A DNA stretch of 61,907 nucleotides from a virus (Duplodnaviria; Caudoviricetes), in IMG/VR virus record IMGVR_UViG_3300023184_000128, positions 1 to 61,907 of that record; one strand, written 5' to 3'. The position numbers were made by a program, and so were the translations under genes. Below, in pieces: positions 47,121-56,978 of the stretch (its first letter is position 1; each line of letters begins with the position of its first letter). The notes under the pieces are model-generated. The model did no database searches, was not told the DNA's origin, and was given only the letters and a program-made list of their open reading frames with translations.

Positions 47121-47633
47121 TTAAAAATAATTTATATTTATTAAAATTCTTCTTTTAGTATCTGATTGTATTAATGCACAATGTTCTATTTGTGAATCAA
47201 AAATAACCATTCTGTTTTCAATACTATCTATTTTTATTTTTTTATTTTTATCTAAAATAGTAGCACCATTATTAGTATTCATATAAAATATAGATGTAGT
47301 ACATTTAAAAGAATAATCTGTGTGAAAATATAATTTTTTAATTTTATCTTGTCTTAAAAGTAAATTTGCTCTTGATTGTATAATTGCCTTACATTTTAAT
47401 TTTTTATATATTTTATGTAAAAAATAATTAAATTGATTAAAATCATTATTAAAATCATTAAAAAAATTTAATGAAAAATATCCAATATCATCTACATCAT
47501 CTTGAGATTCTTTTATTTGGCTATTTCTATAGAACCAAGGAGTATTCTTAGTATCAAATATAATTTCTTTAAATTTAAAAAAATCTTCTTTTTCTAAAAA
47601 ATTATCTATTATTTTATAATCTAGAGTGCCCAT
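47121..47633 (-). CDS. 2OG-Fe(II) oxygenase-like
   Basis: FHTD..IFYMNTNNG.T..NR...FD...H..R..ININY. Confidence 0.8.
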   Translation of the reverse strand: MGTLDYKIIDNFLEKEDFFKFKEIIFDTKNTPWFYRNSQIKESQDDVDDIGYFSLNFFNDFNNDFNQFNYFLHKIYKKLKCKAIIQSRANLLLRQDKIKKLYFHTDYSFKCTTSIFYMNTNNGATILDKNKKIKIDSIENRMVIFDSQIEHCALIQSDTKRRILININYF

Positions 47634-48190
47634 GCTACAACTGAATATCTTATTCCTTTTATTACTGGTTTAACTGTATGTGGATATAAAAAAATACTTG
47701 GCCAAAGTATCATTCTATTTGGTTTAACTTCTACTTCCCATTCGCCACTTCCATCTGGGTTTCTAAAACAAAGATTACCACCTTCATAATCATTATTTAA
47801 TAATAATATACAACTCATTGTTCTTGGAATTTCTGCAAAATGGTCTACATGCCATGTATAAAAACCAGTATTTTCATACTTTAAAATTTCAATATCAAAA
47901 ATATCCTTATAGGCATAATCTAATATATTTAAATCAGTTTTATATTGATTTAATTTTTGATTAAAAAAATTTTTTAATAAATTAAACCAGTGTACATTAG
48001 TTAAAGAATTATTTAAATTAGATAAAGGAAGAGTATAGGTTCTCCTTATATTAAAATCAGTTTTTGTTTCATTACCACCGCCTACTTTTGTTTCCTCAAA
48101 AGTAGAATTATTTGCAAAACGAATTATATTTGATACCATGTTCCATGGTAAAACTTCATCATATATCTTTATAAAATTTTTTATTTCCAT
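47621..48190 (-). CDS. Prolyl-4-hydroxylase-like 2OG-Fe(II) oxygenase
   Basis: Y.WHVD..LNNDYEGG.L..PH.V.PV..G.RYSVVAW. Confidence 0.85.
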   Translation of the reverse strand: MEIKNFIKIYDEVLPWNMVSNIIRFANNSTFEETKVGGGNETKTDFNIRRTYTLPLSNLNNSLTNVHWFNLLKNFFNQKLNQYKTDLNILDYAYKDIFDIEILKYENTGFYTWHVDHFAEIPRTMSCILLLNNDYEGGNLCFRNPDGSGEWEVEVKPNRMILWPSIFLYPHTVKPVIKGIRYSVVAWAL

Positions 48191-48936
48191 GATTTTTTAC
48201 TCCAATATTTTTCTTTATATGTATTTATTAATTTTAATCCGTAAAAAAGCCTAGAATTTTGTATTTCTTTTTGTTCTCTTTTTTTAAAAGTCATTTTCCA
48301 ACAATCTCTTTTAAAAGGTATTATTTGAACATAAGGAGTTCCTTTTTTAATAGTTGTTTCTAATACTGTATATTTGTCTCCATTAATAACTATTGGAAAA
48401 TTTATTTCCCCTGGGAAGGTATCCGTATCAACAATACCTGGAATAATAGAAAATCTATCATCTGAGTTATTTAAAGGTGATACAAATAAACAAGAATAAC
48501 CTTTTGGAGTTTTGATTTTCCAAGGATTTACTATTTTATAAAATGGTAATTTTTTATTTTTTTCAATGAGTGGAGATCCTTCTAATTGTTTTATTGGATG
48601 GATATCAATCCCAGAATTTAAATTTATCCTTTTGGCACTTAATAAATGTGATTGATCATGAAGTCCATAAGTTTGAAATGAATCTTTAAAAATTTCTCCC
48701 TTTTCATTTTTATTATCTACATTATGTTTGATATGAAAATCTTGTGGCATCTTTAACAAATAACCCGATGTTAAAGTATCTAAAAAAGGCATACATCCTT
48801 TTACTGTTCTATTTTCAATGATATGATCTAATTTTTTATACCATTCTGGTATATTTAATTTTGTAGGAATAGGATAATCTTCTTTAAGTGCAAAATAATC
48901 TTCATGGGCACTAAACTCTATTTCTTTATCAAACAT
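48181..48936 (-). CDS. Conserved protein associated with phage oxygenase clusters
   Basis: P.WYK..TVK.C.PF.D..GY; PW.I.TP.GYS; GTP..Q.IPF.R. Confidence 0.65.
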   Translation of the reverse strand: MFDKEIEFSAHEDYFALKEDYPIPTKLNIPEWYKKLDHIIENRTVKGCMPFLDTLTSGYLLKMPQDFHIKHNVDNKNEKGEIFKDSFQTYGLHDQSHLLSAKRINLNSGIDIHPIKQLEGSPLIEKNKKLPFYKIVNPWKIKTPKGYSCLFVSPLNNSDDRFSIIPGIVDTDTFPGEINFPIVINGDKYTVLETTIKKGTPYVQIIPFKRDCWKMTFKKREQKEIQNSRLFYGLKLINTYKEKYWSKKSWK

Positions 48937-48955
48937 GCTAATTAATTAGCAATTA

Positions 48956-49411
48956 TTAAGGTAATTGTAAAGGATTATAAGAGGGTTGGCCTAAATTATA
49001 GAAATATTGTTCTAAAGATACATTTAAAGGTAAAGGTATAGATGATGTATCTAAATTAGATAATTGATTATAATAATTATTCCATCTTGAATACAAAAGA
49101 CTGTTTTTATTATTATCTAAAAAACATTTAATAAGGTTTTTAAAATTACTGATATATTTATCTATAGTATATTGATTATCTGCAAAAAGAGTAGATTCAA
49201 TATTTACATATATAATAGCATCATTTTGATAACCTGTAATACTTTTTGTACCATATTTGACTGCATTAAAATTTTCTTGTGTGTCTTGTATAATTTTGTA
49301 AGTGGATAAATTAGTTATGTTAAGATTATCTAAATCATATTGATTTTCTGCAATTCTATAAAGTGTTCCAGAAATATTATTTTGATTATTTTCAAAAATA
49401 AAAAAAGCCAT
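48956..49411 (-). CDS. Putative tail fiber chaperone
   Basis: Directly downstream of the fiber gene; ends PLQLP. Confidence 0.5.
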   Translation of the reverse strand: MAFFIFENNQNNISGTLYRIAENQYDLDNLNITNLSTYKIIQDTQENFNAVKYGTKSITGYQNDAIIYVNIESTLFADNQYTIDKYISNFKNLIKCFLDNNKNSLLYSRWNNYYNQLSNLDTSSIPLPLNVSLEQYFYNLGQPSYNPLQLP

Positions 49412-49414
49412 ATT

Positions 49415-50698
49415 TTATGTACCAGAATTTTCAAAAACAACTATTGCACCAGGATTTCCTGGACTTCCAAACCAATTACTTGTATTACCACCATCATTTC
49501 CCCCACTACCACCACTACCACCACTAAATCCTGTTACAAAACCTTTAGACGGTGCATTAAAATTGGATAAAGGAGCCGTTCCTGCATTACCTGGATTACC
49601 TGGAGCAGTATTAGGACCTCTATTTCCACCATTACCACCATTAGCAGTTAGATTAGTTGCAATAGTACTAGCACCTCCTGCACTTCCTCCAGAAAAACCA
49701 CCAGGTCCTCCACCACCGCCGCCTCCAACTGAGTAAGGAACTGCATATGGTCGAGTTATAGGGACGTTAAAATAACCATATCCACCTGGTCCACCAGCAC
49801 CACCACTTATTCCACTACCTGATGTTCCACCTCCTCCACCACCTGCTCCGTAAATATAAAGAGCTAATCTATTTGTATTATTTCCAGCTGTATATGTACC
49901 TGAAGTTGGTCCAGTGTACCATTGAGTTGGAACAAATCCTCCAGCTCCTGCTGATCCAGAAGATGCAGCTGTAATTCTACCTTGAGCATCAACAGTAATT
50001 GATGCAGCTGTGTATGATCCTGCAGTAACTGCAGTATTTGCTAATTGAGTTGGTCCTACAGCTGCTGCTGCAATTTTAACTGATGTAACTGATGCTGTAT
50101 CTAACGCACCTGATGTAACTGCAAATGATGCAATCTTAAATGATGTAACTGCGGATGTGTCTAATCCTGAAGATGTAACAGCAAAAGATGCAACTTTAAA
50201 TGATGTAACTGCTGCTGTATCTAATGCACTAGCTGTAACAATAGAGTTTGCTAATGCTGTACTAGTGTTAATTGATCCACCTAATGTACTAAGATCAATT
50301 ACGTTTGCATTTGTTCCATTTAAATAAACTTGTTTAATATTTTTTTCTGCTGTTCCCCAAATGACAGAAGCTCCACCAACTTGATTTAATGCTAATGTAA
50401 ATGCACCTGTTGTACTATTTTTAATTGTGTATGTTTTTTCAATTCCACTTTCAACATATACTGTTGAGTTTGCTGCTAATACTCCTGTAAATTCTAAAAC
50501 AGCATTTCTTGCATCTGAAATAGTAGCATTTGTCATAGACAAAGTAGTGTTTGTAGATGTAAGTGCTATAGCTTGATAACCAACAACTGCTTGTTGTAAT
50601 AGATTTAAATTTGTATTTGTTTTATCACCCCATGTTCCAGAGTTTTCCCCTGTTACCATTAGCTCAAGTTTGAGGTCTGTAGAATAACTAGATGCCAT
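49415..50698 (-). CDS. Tail fiber protein with Gly-rich C-terminus
   Basis: GENSGTWG.KTN.N anchor; VT..K/L repeats; AGSY..ITVDAQGRIT; GGGGG-rich tip. Confidence 0.85.
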   Translation of the reverse strand: MASSYSTDLKLELMVTGENSGTWGDKTNTNLNLLQQAVVGYQAIALTSTNTTLSMTNATISDARNAVLEFTGVLAANSTVYVESGIEKTYTIKNSTTGAFTLALNQVGGASVIWGTAEKNIKQVYLNGTNANVIDLSTLGGSINTSTALANSIVTASALDTAAVTSFKVASFAVTSSGLDTSAVTSFKIASFAVTSGALDTASVTSVKIAAAAVGPTQLANTAVTAGSYTAASITVDAQGRITAASSGSAGAGGFVPTQWYTGPTSGTYTAGNNTNRLALYIYGAGGGGGGTSGSGISGGAGGPGGYGYFNVPITRPYAVPYSVGGGGGGGPGGFSGGSAGGASTIATNLTANGGNGGNRGPNTAPGNPGNAGTAPLSNFNAPSKGFVTGFSGGSGGSGGNDGGNTSNWFGSPGNPGAIVVFENSGT

Positions 50699-50740
50699 AA
50701 ATTCCTTTTAAATTCGTAATAATACTCAATTTTAGTTTGA

Positions 50741-51592
50741 TTAAGCTGCTATGTCAACAACTGCCCAACTGTTACTTATACCAATATTTACCACTGCCCA
50801 AGCATTTATAAAGACAGTTCCAGTATAAGTAGTCATTTGTAATCCAGTAATATCTGGTGCTACATCTATAGTTACAGATACTGAACTTACAGTAGTATTT
50901 GCAGATACTGAAGTTACATCTACTAAAGTATTAGCATCTAATTTAGCTGTTCCTACACTTGCAGAAAGTGCATCGCAAGTTACAAATACAGTAACAGCAA
51001 TATCAACTTCCTCATCTCCTAAAGATACAGTTAATGAACTTCCATTTACATCTATATCAGCTCCTGCTGTAACAGAAACTGTATCTACTGTAGTTGATCT
51101 AGATTGTCCTGTAACAGATACATCAACATCTATTTGAGAGGTTACTGTTCCTGTAGTTACAAGAGAACTTATTCCAGTTAAAGTAAAACTTCCGTCTCCT
51201 GTAATAGATAAAGTTCCAGTAGTCGTGTTTAATTGATTACCAACTACATCAACATCTATTACATTTATACCTTCAGCTGTTCCAGTGGTTGTATTTAATA
51301 GATTTGTAGATAAATCTATACTTCCATCAATTGTAAAAGATAAACTACCTACAGTTGTATTTAATAGATTTGTAGATAAATCTATACTTCCATCAATTGT
51401 AAAAGATAAACTACCTACAGTTGTATTTAATAGATTTGTAGATAAATCTGCAGAAACATCTATTGTGACTGTCGCACTATTTTGATCGGATTGTAATCCT
51501 GAAATTTGTCCCCATGCATTAGATCCCCAAGTAGAGTATCCCCATGTGGTAAGAGTACCAGGCGACGTTACTTCTATTGTAATATCTGCCAC
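50741..51592 (-). CDS. Repeat-rich virion fiber/structural protein
   Basis: WG..WG..WG N-terminus; approximately 22-aa V/T/G repeats. Confidence 0.7.
   Translation of the reverse strand: MADITIEVTSPGTLTTWGYSTWGSNAWGQISGLQSDQNSATVTIDVSADLSTNLLNTTVGSLSFTIDGSIDLSTNLLNTTVGSLSFTIDGSIDLSTNLLNTTTGTAEGINVIDVDVVGNQLNTTTGTLSITGDGSFTLTGISSLVTTGTVTSQIDVDVSVTGQSRSTTVDTVSVTAGADIDVNGSSLTVSLGDEEVDIAVTVFVTCDALSASVGTAKLDANTLVDVTSVSANTTVSSVSVTIDVAPDITGLQMTTYTGTVFINAWAVVNIGISNSWAVVDIAA
51288..51449. repeat. Exact 66-bp tandem duplication (about 2.45 copies)
   Basis: Unit starts at 51288, 51354 and 51420. Confidence 0.9.
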
Positions 51593-51607
51593 CTGGCCCT
51601 CCTAAAA

Positions 51608-52045
51608 TTATGCGATTCTTAATATAGCTGCTGCTGATGTAAATGCTGGAAATACGATTGTAAATGTTCCTGATGTTGCAGTTTTGTCAGCACCGAAGTC
51701 TAACACACAAACTGATCTTTTAGTTGCAGTTGTTGTGTTGTTATAAATTAATGCTCCTCTAGCAGTTAATGTAACTCCTGTAAAAGATAAATCTGCAAAA
51801 TCTACTATACCTACAGAACCATCAAGTGATACTTGTTGGCTTTGTAAAACTCCACCACCTGCTGCATATTGTCCTGATGCAGAAACTTCACCAGATGTTG
51901 TGTAAACTGTTGTAGCTGCTGATAGGTTAGCTGCAGATGTATACAATGCTAAATTAAAAGATTGTCCTGAACCTGAATCGAAATCATGTACAGCACCTAA
52001 AAGTTCTGACTTAAATGTGTTGCACACTGCTTGTGATATTGCCAT
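51608..52045 (-). CDS. Virion structural protein
   Basis: FK.ELL...H.F..ALYT..Y..GG..DFAD..ARGALIYN..VLDFG.DK. Confidence 0.7.
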   Translation of the reverse strand: MAISQAVCNTFKSELLGAVHDFDSGSGQSFNLALYTSAANLSAATTVYTTSGEVSASGQYAAGGGVLQSQQVSLDGSVGIVDFADLSFTGVTLTARGALIYNNTTTATKRSVCVLDFGADKTATSGTFTIVFPAFTSAAAILRIA

Positions 52046-52066
52046 ATGTTGTACTCCTTATAGTTA

Positions 52067-52750
52067 TTATGGTGATGGTGAATTAATTTTAATTCGTAAC
52101 ACACCATCTTGAAACTCGTCTCTGCGTCTTCTACCTGTTTGCTCTAACGCAAATCCTTGTAATGCTGTATTATACTTGTCCTGATATAGTTTGTACATAT
52201 CCATAGGTCCTTTTAAGTATGCAAAGGCTTCTACTAAACAAGCATATAATAATAATTCTGGGGCATTTTGACTAATATAAGTTGTTGTATTTGTTGAACT
52301 TAAATTATCTGGTGTGTATATATAATCTAAAGTAACTGGATAATTATCATTTGGTATAGGAGCTACTTGAATAGCATTTTCTTTGTACATTGAATAATAT
52401 TTAGGAAAACCACTTGTTCCAGAACTATTATATTCAGTAATAAAAGTATCATCTCTAGGTTCTAAAGATATTTGAGCTGAAGAAGTATTTGTTACAACAA
52501 CAGATCTTACTATAAAAGCTCTTCTAACTGTTGTAGAACCTTCATCTGTATTATCATCTGGTAATAATAAATATTTATTTCCAGAATTAAAAGTTGATGT
52601 TGCATATTCTCTTGAATAATCAGCATCTGCTTCTCTAAATATTCTATATTCAGAATTTTTAATAAATGTATCACAAATAGAGTTAGTTAAGACAGAAGAA
52701 TCTACTTCTGTATAATCTCTAATTTGTTGTAATAGTTCTGCGTATGTCAT
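52067..52750 (-). CDS. Head-tail adaptor-like protein
   Basis: TY.EL...I.DY.E; PKYY; P.LLLYA.L.EA..YLK. Confidence 0.7.
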   Translation of the reverse strand: MTYAELLQQIRDYTEVDSSVLTNSICDTFIKNSEYRIFREADADYSREYATSTFNSGNKYLLLPDDNTDEGSTTVRRAFIVRSVVVTNTSSAQISLEPRDDTFITEYNSSGTSGFPKYYSMYKENAIQVAPIPNDNYPVTLDYIYTPDNLSSTNTTTYISQNAPELLLYACLVEAFAYLKGPMDMYKLYQDKYNTALQGFALEQTGRRRRDEFQDGVLRIKINSPSP

Positions 52751-53106
52751 GTTATATCTATAGTTACATCTCCTACATCGGAATAAGCTTGTCTTCTAGC
52801 ATTAATTACATCACCACTAATTGCTGGTTCCATACTACCTGGATTTGTTGTTTCATATTGTCCTGGCCAGTATTGTAAATCTAATTGTACTAAACATCCT
52901 CCACCTGGAACAGTATCTGATCTAGCATTTTTAAGTCCTTGTGGATCTGCTTTATGATGTCTTGGATCTAATTGAGGTTGTTTTGGTTCATATTCACTAT
53001 AATGAACCCACGAACCATTCCACTCTCTTTTCATTTCCACATATGGAAATTGCATTCCTGATCTATCAGAAATAGCTAATGATCTTTTACCTCTAGAAAA
53101 TGCCAT
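52747..53106 (-). CDS. Conserved-type late protein
   Basis: DRSG..FPY..M..EWNG..E.K.PQL. Confidence 0.7.
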   Translation of the reverse strand: MAFSRGKRSLAISDRSGMQFPYVEMKREWNGSWVHYSEYEPKQPQLDPRHHKADPQGLKNARSDTVPGGGCLVQLDLQYWPGQYETTNPGSMEPAISGDVINARRQAYSDVGDVTIDIT

Positions 53107-53795
53107 TAGATTCCATCTCCAAAGTAAGAATAAGGTGAAATGTAAGAGCTTGTTCTTTGAGAGTCTTCTTCTAAAGCTCTTTGTAATTCATCTTCGTATA
53201 TTAATTTTAATCCTTGAACTCTATCTGGAGCAACTTTTTGTCCTAGATAATAAGCAAGTCCAGAAATCATACATGGTAAAAATCTGTAAGGTACATTTGC
53301 TTGATCACTATATGCACCTGCATCTTGTATTCTACTAATATAATAATATTTTAAATAAATATATTGAGCACAATCTGGTGTTAAATATAAACTAATAGTT
53401 GGATTAATTTGACGATTCACATAATATTGTGATGGTTGTCCAGTTTGTCCTTTATTAGGAAGAGCTGCATAAGCAGATCTATCAATTTTATCTAAAGAAA
53501 TATCGTTTGTTGTTTCAGTTACAGTTAAAGCTGTAGAAACATACGCTTCTAATACGTCACTACAATCAGATGGAGTAGCATAAGTTGATGTACCTGCAGT
53601 CAAAGCTTGTTCTTTAAGAACAACTTTCCAAAGATGAACTCCTCTATTTCCCCATTCAGAAAATAAAATGTTTAAACTTCTTCTTGCTGACTTTATATTG
53701 TATCCGCTGTTAGTTCTTACACCACAACGTTCGTAGGCTTCTTCAATAATATCGTCTATGTCTAAATCGAATGATGTAGTTCCTGAAGTAGCCAT
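53106..53795 (-). CDS. Tail tubular A/adaptor-like protein
   Basis: IEEAYER.G; RRSLN..W.NRG..LW; G.P.QY; P.RF.P....GLAYY. Confidence 0.7.
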   Translation of the reverse strand: MATSGTTSFDLDIDDIIEEAYERCGVRTNSGYNIKSARRSLNILFSEWGNRGVHLWKVVLKEQALTAGTSTYATPSDCSDVLEAYVSTALTVTETTNDISLDKIDRSAYAALPNKGQTGQPSQYYVNRQINPTISLYLTPDCAQYIYLKYYYISRIQDAGAYSDQANVPYRFLPCMISGLAYYLGQKVAPDRVQGLKLIYEDELQRALEEDSQRTSSYISPYSYFGDGI

Positions 53796-53922
53796 TAGAC
53801 ATTATTTTTTCTTATTGTTTTTAGAAACTTTCTTAGCACTAAATCCTTTTAACATACCTGCAACTTTTGCTGGTGTGTTTTTTGGAACTATTCCTGCTTT
53901 TAAATATGTTTTCATTCCCATT

Positions 53923-54261
53923 TTAATATTCTCCGAAGTATTGTTTGTTAACTTGTATTGCTTTTTGACCTTTAACCAGCATTTTACCCTTTTGTGCACT
54001 CACAGGTTCTTCAGACATTGATTTTTCAATGGCCATTCCTCTTTTTTTCTCATAAGAAGATAGTTTTCCATCTTTATTCAAGTCTGCTTTTGAAGATAAT
54101 CCCATCATTTTGCCTTCTTGTGCTTTCATAGGTCTCATTTTTCCACTTTTAGTTTCTTCATATCCTTTTTTTTCAAGCATAGTTTCTTTAGCTTCCATAG
54201 CTTTTGATTCCATACCTTCATGTTTCATGGACATGTCTTGATATTTTTTAGATTTTTTCAT
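53923..54261 (-). CDS. Small basic late protein with AQxGK tags and EF-hand-like ADLNKDGKLS
   Basis: ORF track; motifs visible in translation. Confidence 0.7.
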   Translation of the reverse strand: MKKSKKYQDMSMKHEGMESKAMEAKETMLEKKGYEETKSGKMRPMKAQEGKMMGLSSKADLNKDGKLSSYEKKRGMAIEKSMSEEPVSAQKGKMLVKGQKAIQVNKQYFGEY

Positions 54262-54266
54262 AATAC

Positions 54267-54734
54267 TTAAATATACCTCATTTTTGTCATGTTATATATA
54301 CCACCGTCTTTCATTTTTTTTGATTTATTTACTATTGTTTTAACATTTTTTGGTTTTGGACCTGTGTTAGATACAGCTCTTTTCCTAATTATCGCTGATC
54401 TTTTTTGACTTTCTGTCATTCTTGCTGCTTTTGCAGCAGGAACACATTTTGGATATCCTCTTTTTGAATTATTTGCAGATTTTCTTCCACATTCTTTATA
54501 TCCGCCTTCTTTTTTAGGAGCAGAAATATCAACCCATTTTTCATTAAACCATTTTGCAAGACCACCTTGCTTTAAACCAAGATCAAGATCAAAATAATAT
54601 TGTCCAGTCTTTTCAAAATTATTTTCTTGCTTTAATTTTGCTTTTTCAGCCGTAATAATTCTTGCTGCTTCTTTAGATCCAACTCTTTTAGCAAGTTCTA
54701 TTACAGATTCTTCTTTATTTTTATCTTCAGGCAT
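54267..54734 (-). CDS. Small basic late protein (GL..WF.E.WVD..CGR..YP.C.P type) with GG tags
   Basis: Conserved Cys motif; LKQGG, MKDGG. Confidence 0.75.
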   Translation of the reverse strand: MPEDKNKEESVIELAKRVGSKEAARIITAEKAKLKQENNFEKTGQYYFDLDLGLKQGGLAKWFNEKWVDISAPKKEGGYKECGRKSANNSKRGYPKCVPAAKAARMTESQKRSAIIRKRAVSNTGPKPKNVKTIVNKSKKMKDGGIYNMTKMRYI

Positions 54735-54979
54735 TATTTTAATAAATCTCCATAGTAACTTTTTAAAGATTCATTAGAATAATTTTTATTATTCATTTCT
54801 ACTTCTATAAATTTACCCATATAAGCACCTTTAGGCTTCCAATCTTTTCTTTTTTTACCAGAAGGATCTTTTATTTTACCTGCACAAATTTTTGAAGCAT
54901 ATGCATTTGCATATGCAGAGGGATATACTGCAAATTTTCTTTTTGCTGCTGATTTTCCTCTAGAACAAAGTTTTGTCAT
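54734..54979 (-). CDS. Small basic late protein (YPSAYAN type)
   Basis: KLC.RGK.AAKRKF.VYPSAYAN.YASKIC. Confidence 0.75.
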   Translation of the reverse strand: MTKLCSRGKSAAKRKFAVYPSAYANAYASKICAGKIKDPSGKKRKDWKPKGAYMGKFIEVEMNNKNYSNESLKSYYGDLLK

Positions 54980-55086
54980 TTTATTTTTTTCTTTCTTTTT
55001 TTATATGCAAGCATGGCTTTAGATGGTTTTGCTCCACGAAGTTTTCCTTCTATTTGTTGGGGTATTTGGGATCTTCCTATTGGCAT
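54976..55086 (-). CDS. Small basic peptide (36 aa)
   Basis: MPIGRSQIPQQIEGKLRG..KKRKKKIK; ATGA coupling. Confidence 0.6.
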   Translation of the reverse strand: MPIGRSQIPQQIEGKLRGAKPSKAMLAYKKRKKKIK

Positions 55087-55088
55087 AA

Positions 55089-55547
55089 TTAAACCATTGG
55101 TGAATATACAATTTTACCATTTACCTTCTGTGCCTTCAAGTACTGCTTCCTATTACCATTTATTGAATAACTACAATGAACCCACCCACTATTAGGTTCA
55201 TTTTCATTCCAGAATTCAAGTATACATTGATCATAATCAAGATTTTGTATAATGAAATCTGCAACATCTTTATTTGCTACACCAAATATTTCAAAATCTG
55301 CAGCTTGACCCTTAGTATGCTGACTCTTGGCAGAAGATCCTATAGCTTCGCAAAGTGCAACTGATCTATAACCAGAAGATATAGAAACAGGTAAACCATA
55401 ATAATCTCTTAAAGGTTGTAATATTTTTTCACAAAGTATTTTTAAATTTTCTATATGTTCTTTGTTTGGAATATTTTCTATTCCGAGTCTTATTGCTTCT
55501 TGAGACTTTATTAATTCATTTAATGTAAAACTTTTACTTAGTTCCAT
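55089..55547 (-). CDS. Peptidase M15-type endolysin
   Basis: SSGYRS..SQH.KGQAADF..WVH.S. Confidence 0.88.
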   Translation of the reverse strand: MELSKSFTLNELIKSQEAIRLGIENIPNKEHIENLKILCEKILQPLRDYYGLPVSISSGYRSVALCEAIGSSAKSQHTKGQAADFEIFGVANKDVADFIIQNLDYDQCILEFWNENEPNSGWVHCSYSINGNRKQYLKAQKVNGKIVYSPMV

Positions 55548-55607
55548 TTTAATAAAAATATGTATAGTATGTCCAAACAGCTATATTGAAAAGTAGTAAT
55601 GCTTCTA

Positions 55608-56213
55608 TCATTTAATATTTCTTAATTTATTTATAACCTCAATAACATGTTTTTCATATTCTTTATTTGTAGAAAAACTATCTAATGCTTTTGCCATTCT
55701 TATTGGATCTCTATTAAATGACATATCTCTAGCTTTTCTAAATTCTGCATACACTTGTTTTGTATTTAAAATCTCTATGTAATATTTAACAGAATCACAT
55801 TTAGTTTTAAATACTCTTACACGCCATTCTATATGATCTGGCTGTCTATAAGGCAACATACCTTCTTTAGACCATACTCTTATACCAAATAAATTGTTTC
55901 CTTCAATGGCAAATCGTGATGTTCCATAATTACTTTCAACTATAGCTTGAGCTACTATGAGTTCTGTATTTATGTGATTTCTTGTTGGAATTTCAAAATT
56001 TAGGTAAGTGATACACTTTTTAAGGGAGGTAATGAATTCTTCGTTATTATGATATTCAAACCTTGGAGGACCAAACCCTAGGCTTTTAGCCCAGGCGATA
56101 ATGGCGTTTTCAGTTTTCTTTTTTGCAACTGGATTCGGAAAAAACGTACCTAATAAGAAGGCTAAGATCGCTATAATTATGTATTTCCAGATCGTTAAAA
56201 TCTTTGTTGTCAT
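55608..56213 (-). CDS. GH73/Bax-like glucosaminidase with N-terminal TM
   Basis: AQAIVES..G.SRFA.EGNNLFGIR. Confidence 0.85.
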   Translation of the reverse strand: MTTKILTIWKYIIIAILAFLLGTFFPNPVAKKKTENAIIAWAKSLGFGPPRFEYHNNEEFITSLKKCITYLNFEIPTRNHINTELIVAQAIVESNYGTSRFAIEGNNLFGIRVWSKEGMLPYRQPDHIEWRVRVFKTKCDSVKYYIEILNTKQVYAEFRKARDMSFNRDPIRMAKALDSFSTNKEYEKHVIEVINKLRNIK

Positions 56214-56306
56214 AACATTTACAGTGATTTAATAAACAGCATCCAGATGTTAAATTGTTGATACAATTAATTTTTGACTTTTGGTACAAAGTTTTTGTAA
56301 AACATT

Positions 56307-56969
56307 TTATTTTTTTTCCTCATTCATTATATCATAAAAAAATTTATCTGTGTCATCTGTAATTAATCCTTTATTTTCAACATTCCAAATTGTAGTTTGC
56401 ACTTTATAATCTGGTACAGATGATGAAGTAGTAAAACTAGGGATACTCCACAAAATACGATTATTAGGCATAATTGCATAATTACCGTTATCGAGAGCCA
56501 AAACATGTCCACACTTATGTTGATCAGGAATTTCGGAATGTTCAGTATCCACAATATTAGATTCTGGATGTGCCCAATCAATCGTAAATAAATATTCACC
56601 ATGATAAAGTTTATTTTTATTTTTACTAAAATATTTACAGCGTTGTCCTTTTAAAAAATCAAAAACAGTAACACTAGGATAATAACTAAATGAATTCCAT
56701 AACTGAAGATCTTCGAGATCTTGATGTTCCATTTGTGTGCTATGCACATTACTGCTGATTCTTCTTTGAACAAAAGCAGAGATAGGAAGTCTCCAATATA
56801 TTGCACCGTTGCCAAGTAAACAATGAAACAACGTTGCACGGCCGCTAATACTCCCCAAACCAAATACCACACAGTCTTCAGTTTCTCCTTGATGGTCTCG
56901 TAAGTCATACAAATATTCCTTTCTTATTTTACAGTATATGGGTGGTATGTTAGCATTTAAATAAGACAT
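56307..56969 (-). CDS. Conserved-type marine phage protein of unknown function
   Basis: YLNANIP, RLPISAF, LQLWN.F, GEYLFT.D, HK..H, PNNR. Confidence 0.75.
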   Translation of the reverse strand: MSYLNANIPPIYCKIRKEYLYDLRDHQGETEDCVVFGLGSISGRATLFHCLLGNGAIYWRLPISAFVQRRISSNVHSTQMEHQDLEDLQLWNSFSYYPSVTVFDFLKGQRCKYFSKNKNKLYHGEYLFTIDWAHPESNIVDTEHSEIPDQHKCGHVLALDNGNYAIMPNNRILWSIPSFTTSSSVPDYKVQTTIWNVENKGLITDDTDKFFYDIMNEEKK

Positions 56970-56978
56970 TGCAAGAAA

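Noticed and set aside
53802-53999. Same-strand alternate-frame ORFs (also 6738, 23765, 24077, 44097, 56363, 56651)
   Set aside because: They overlap better-supported genes in another frame; only the 3' part of 53802 (MKMGMK..) may be a real short gene
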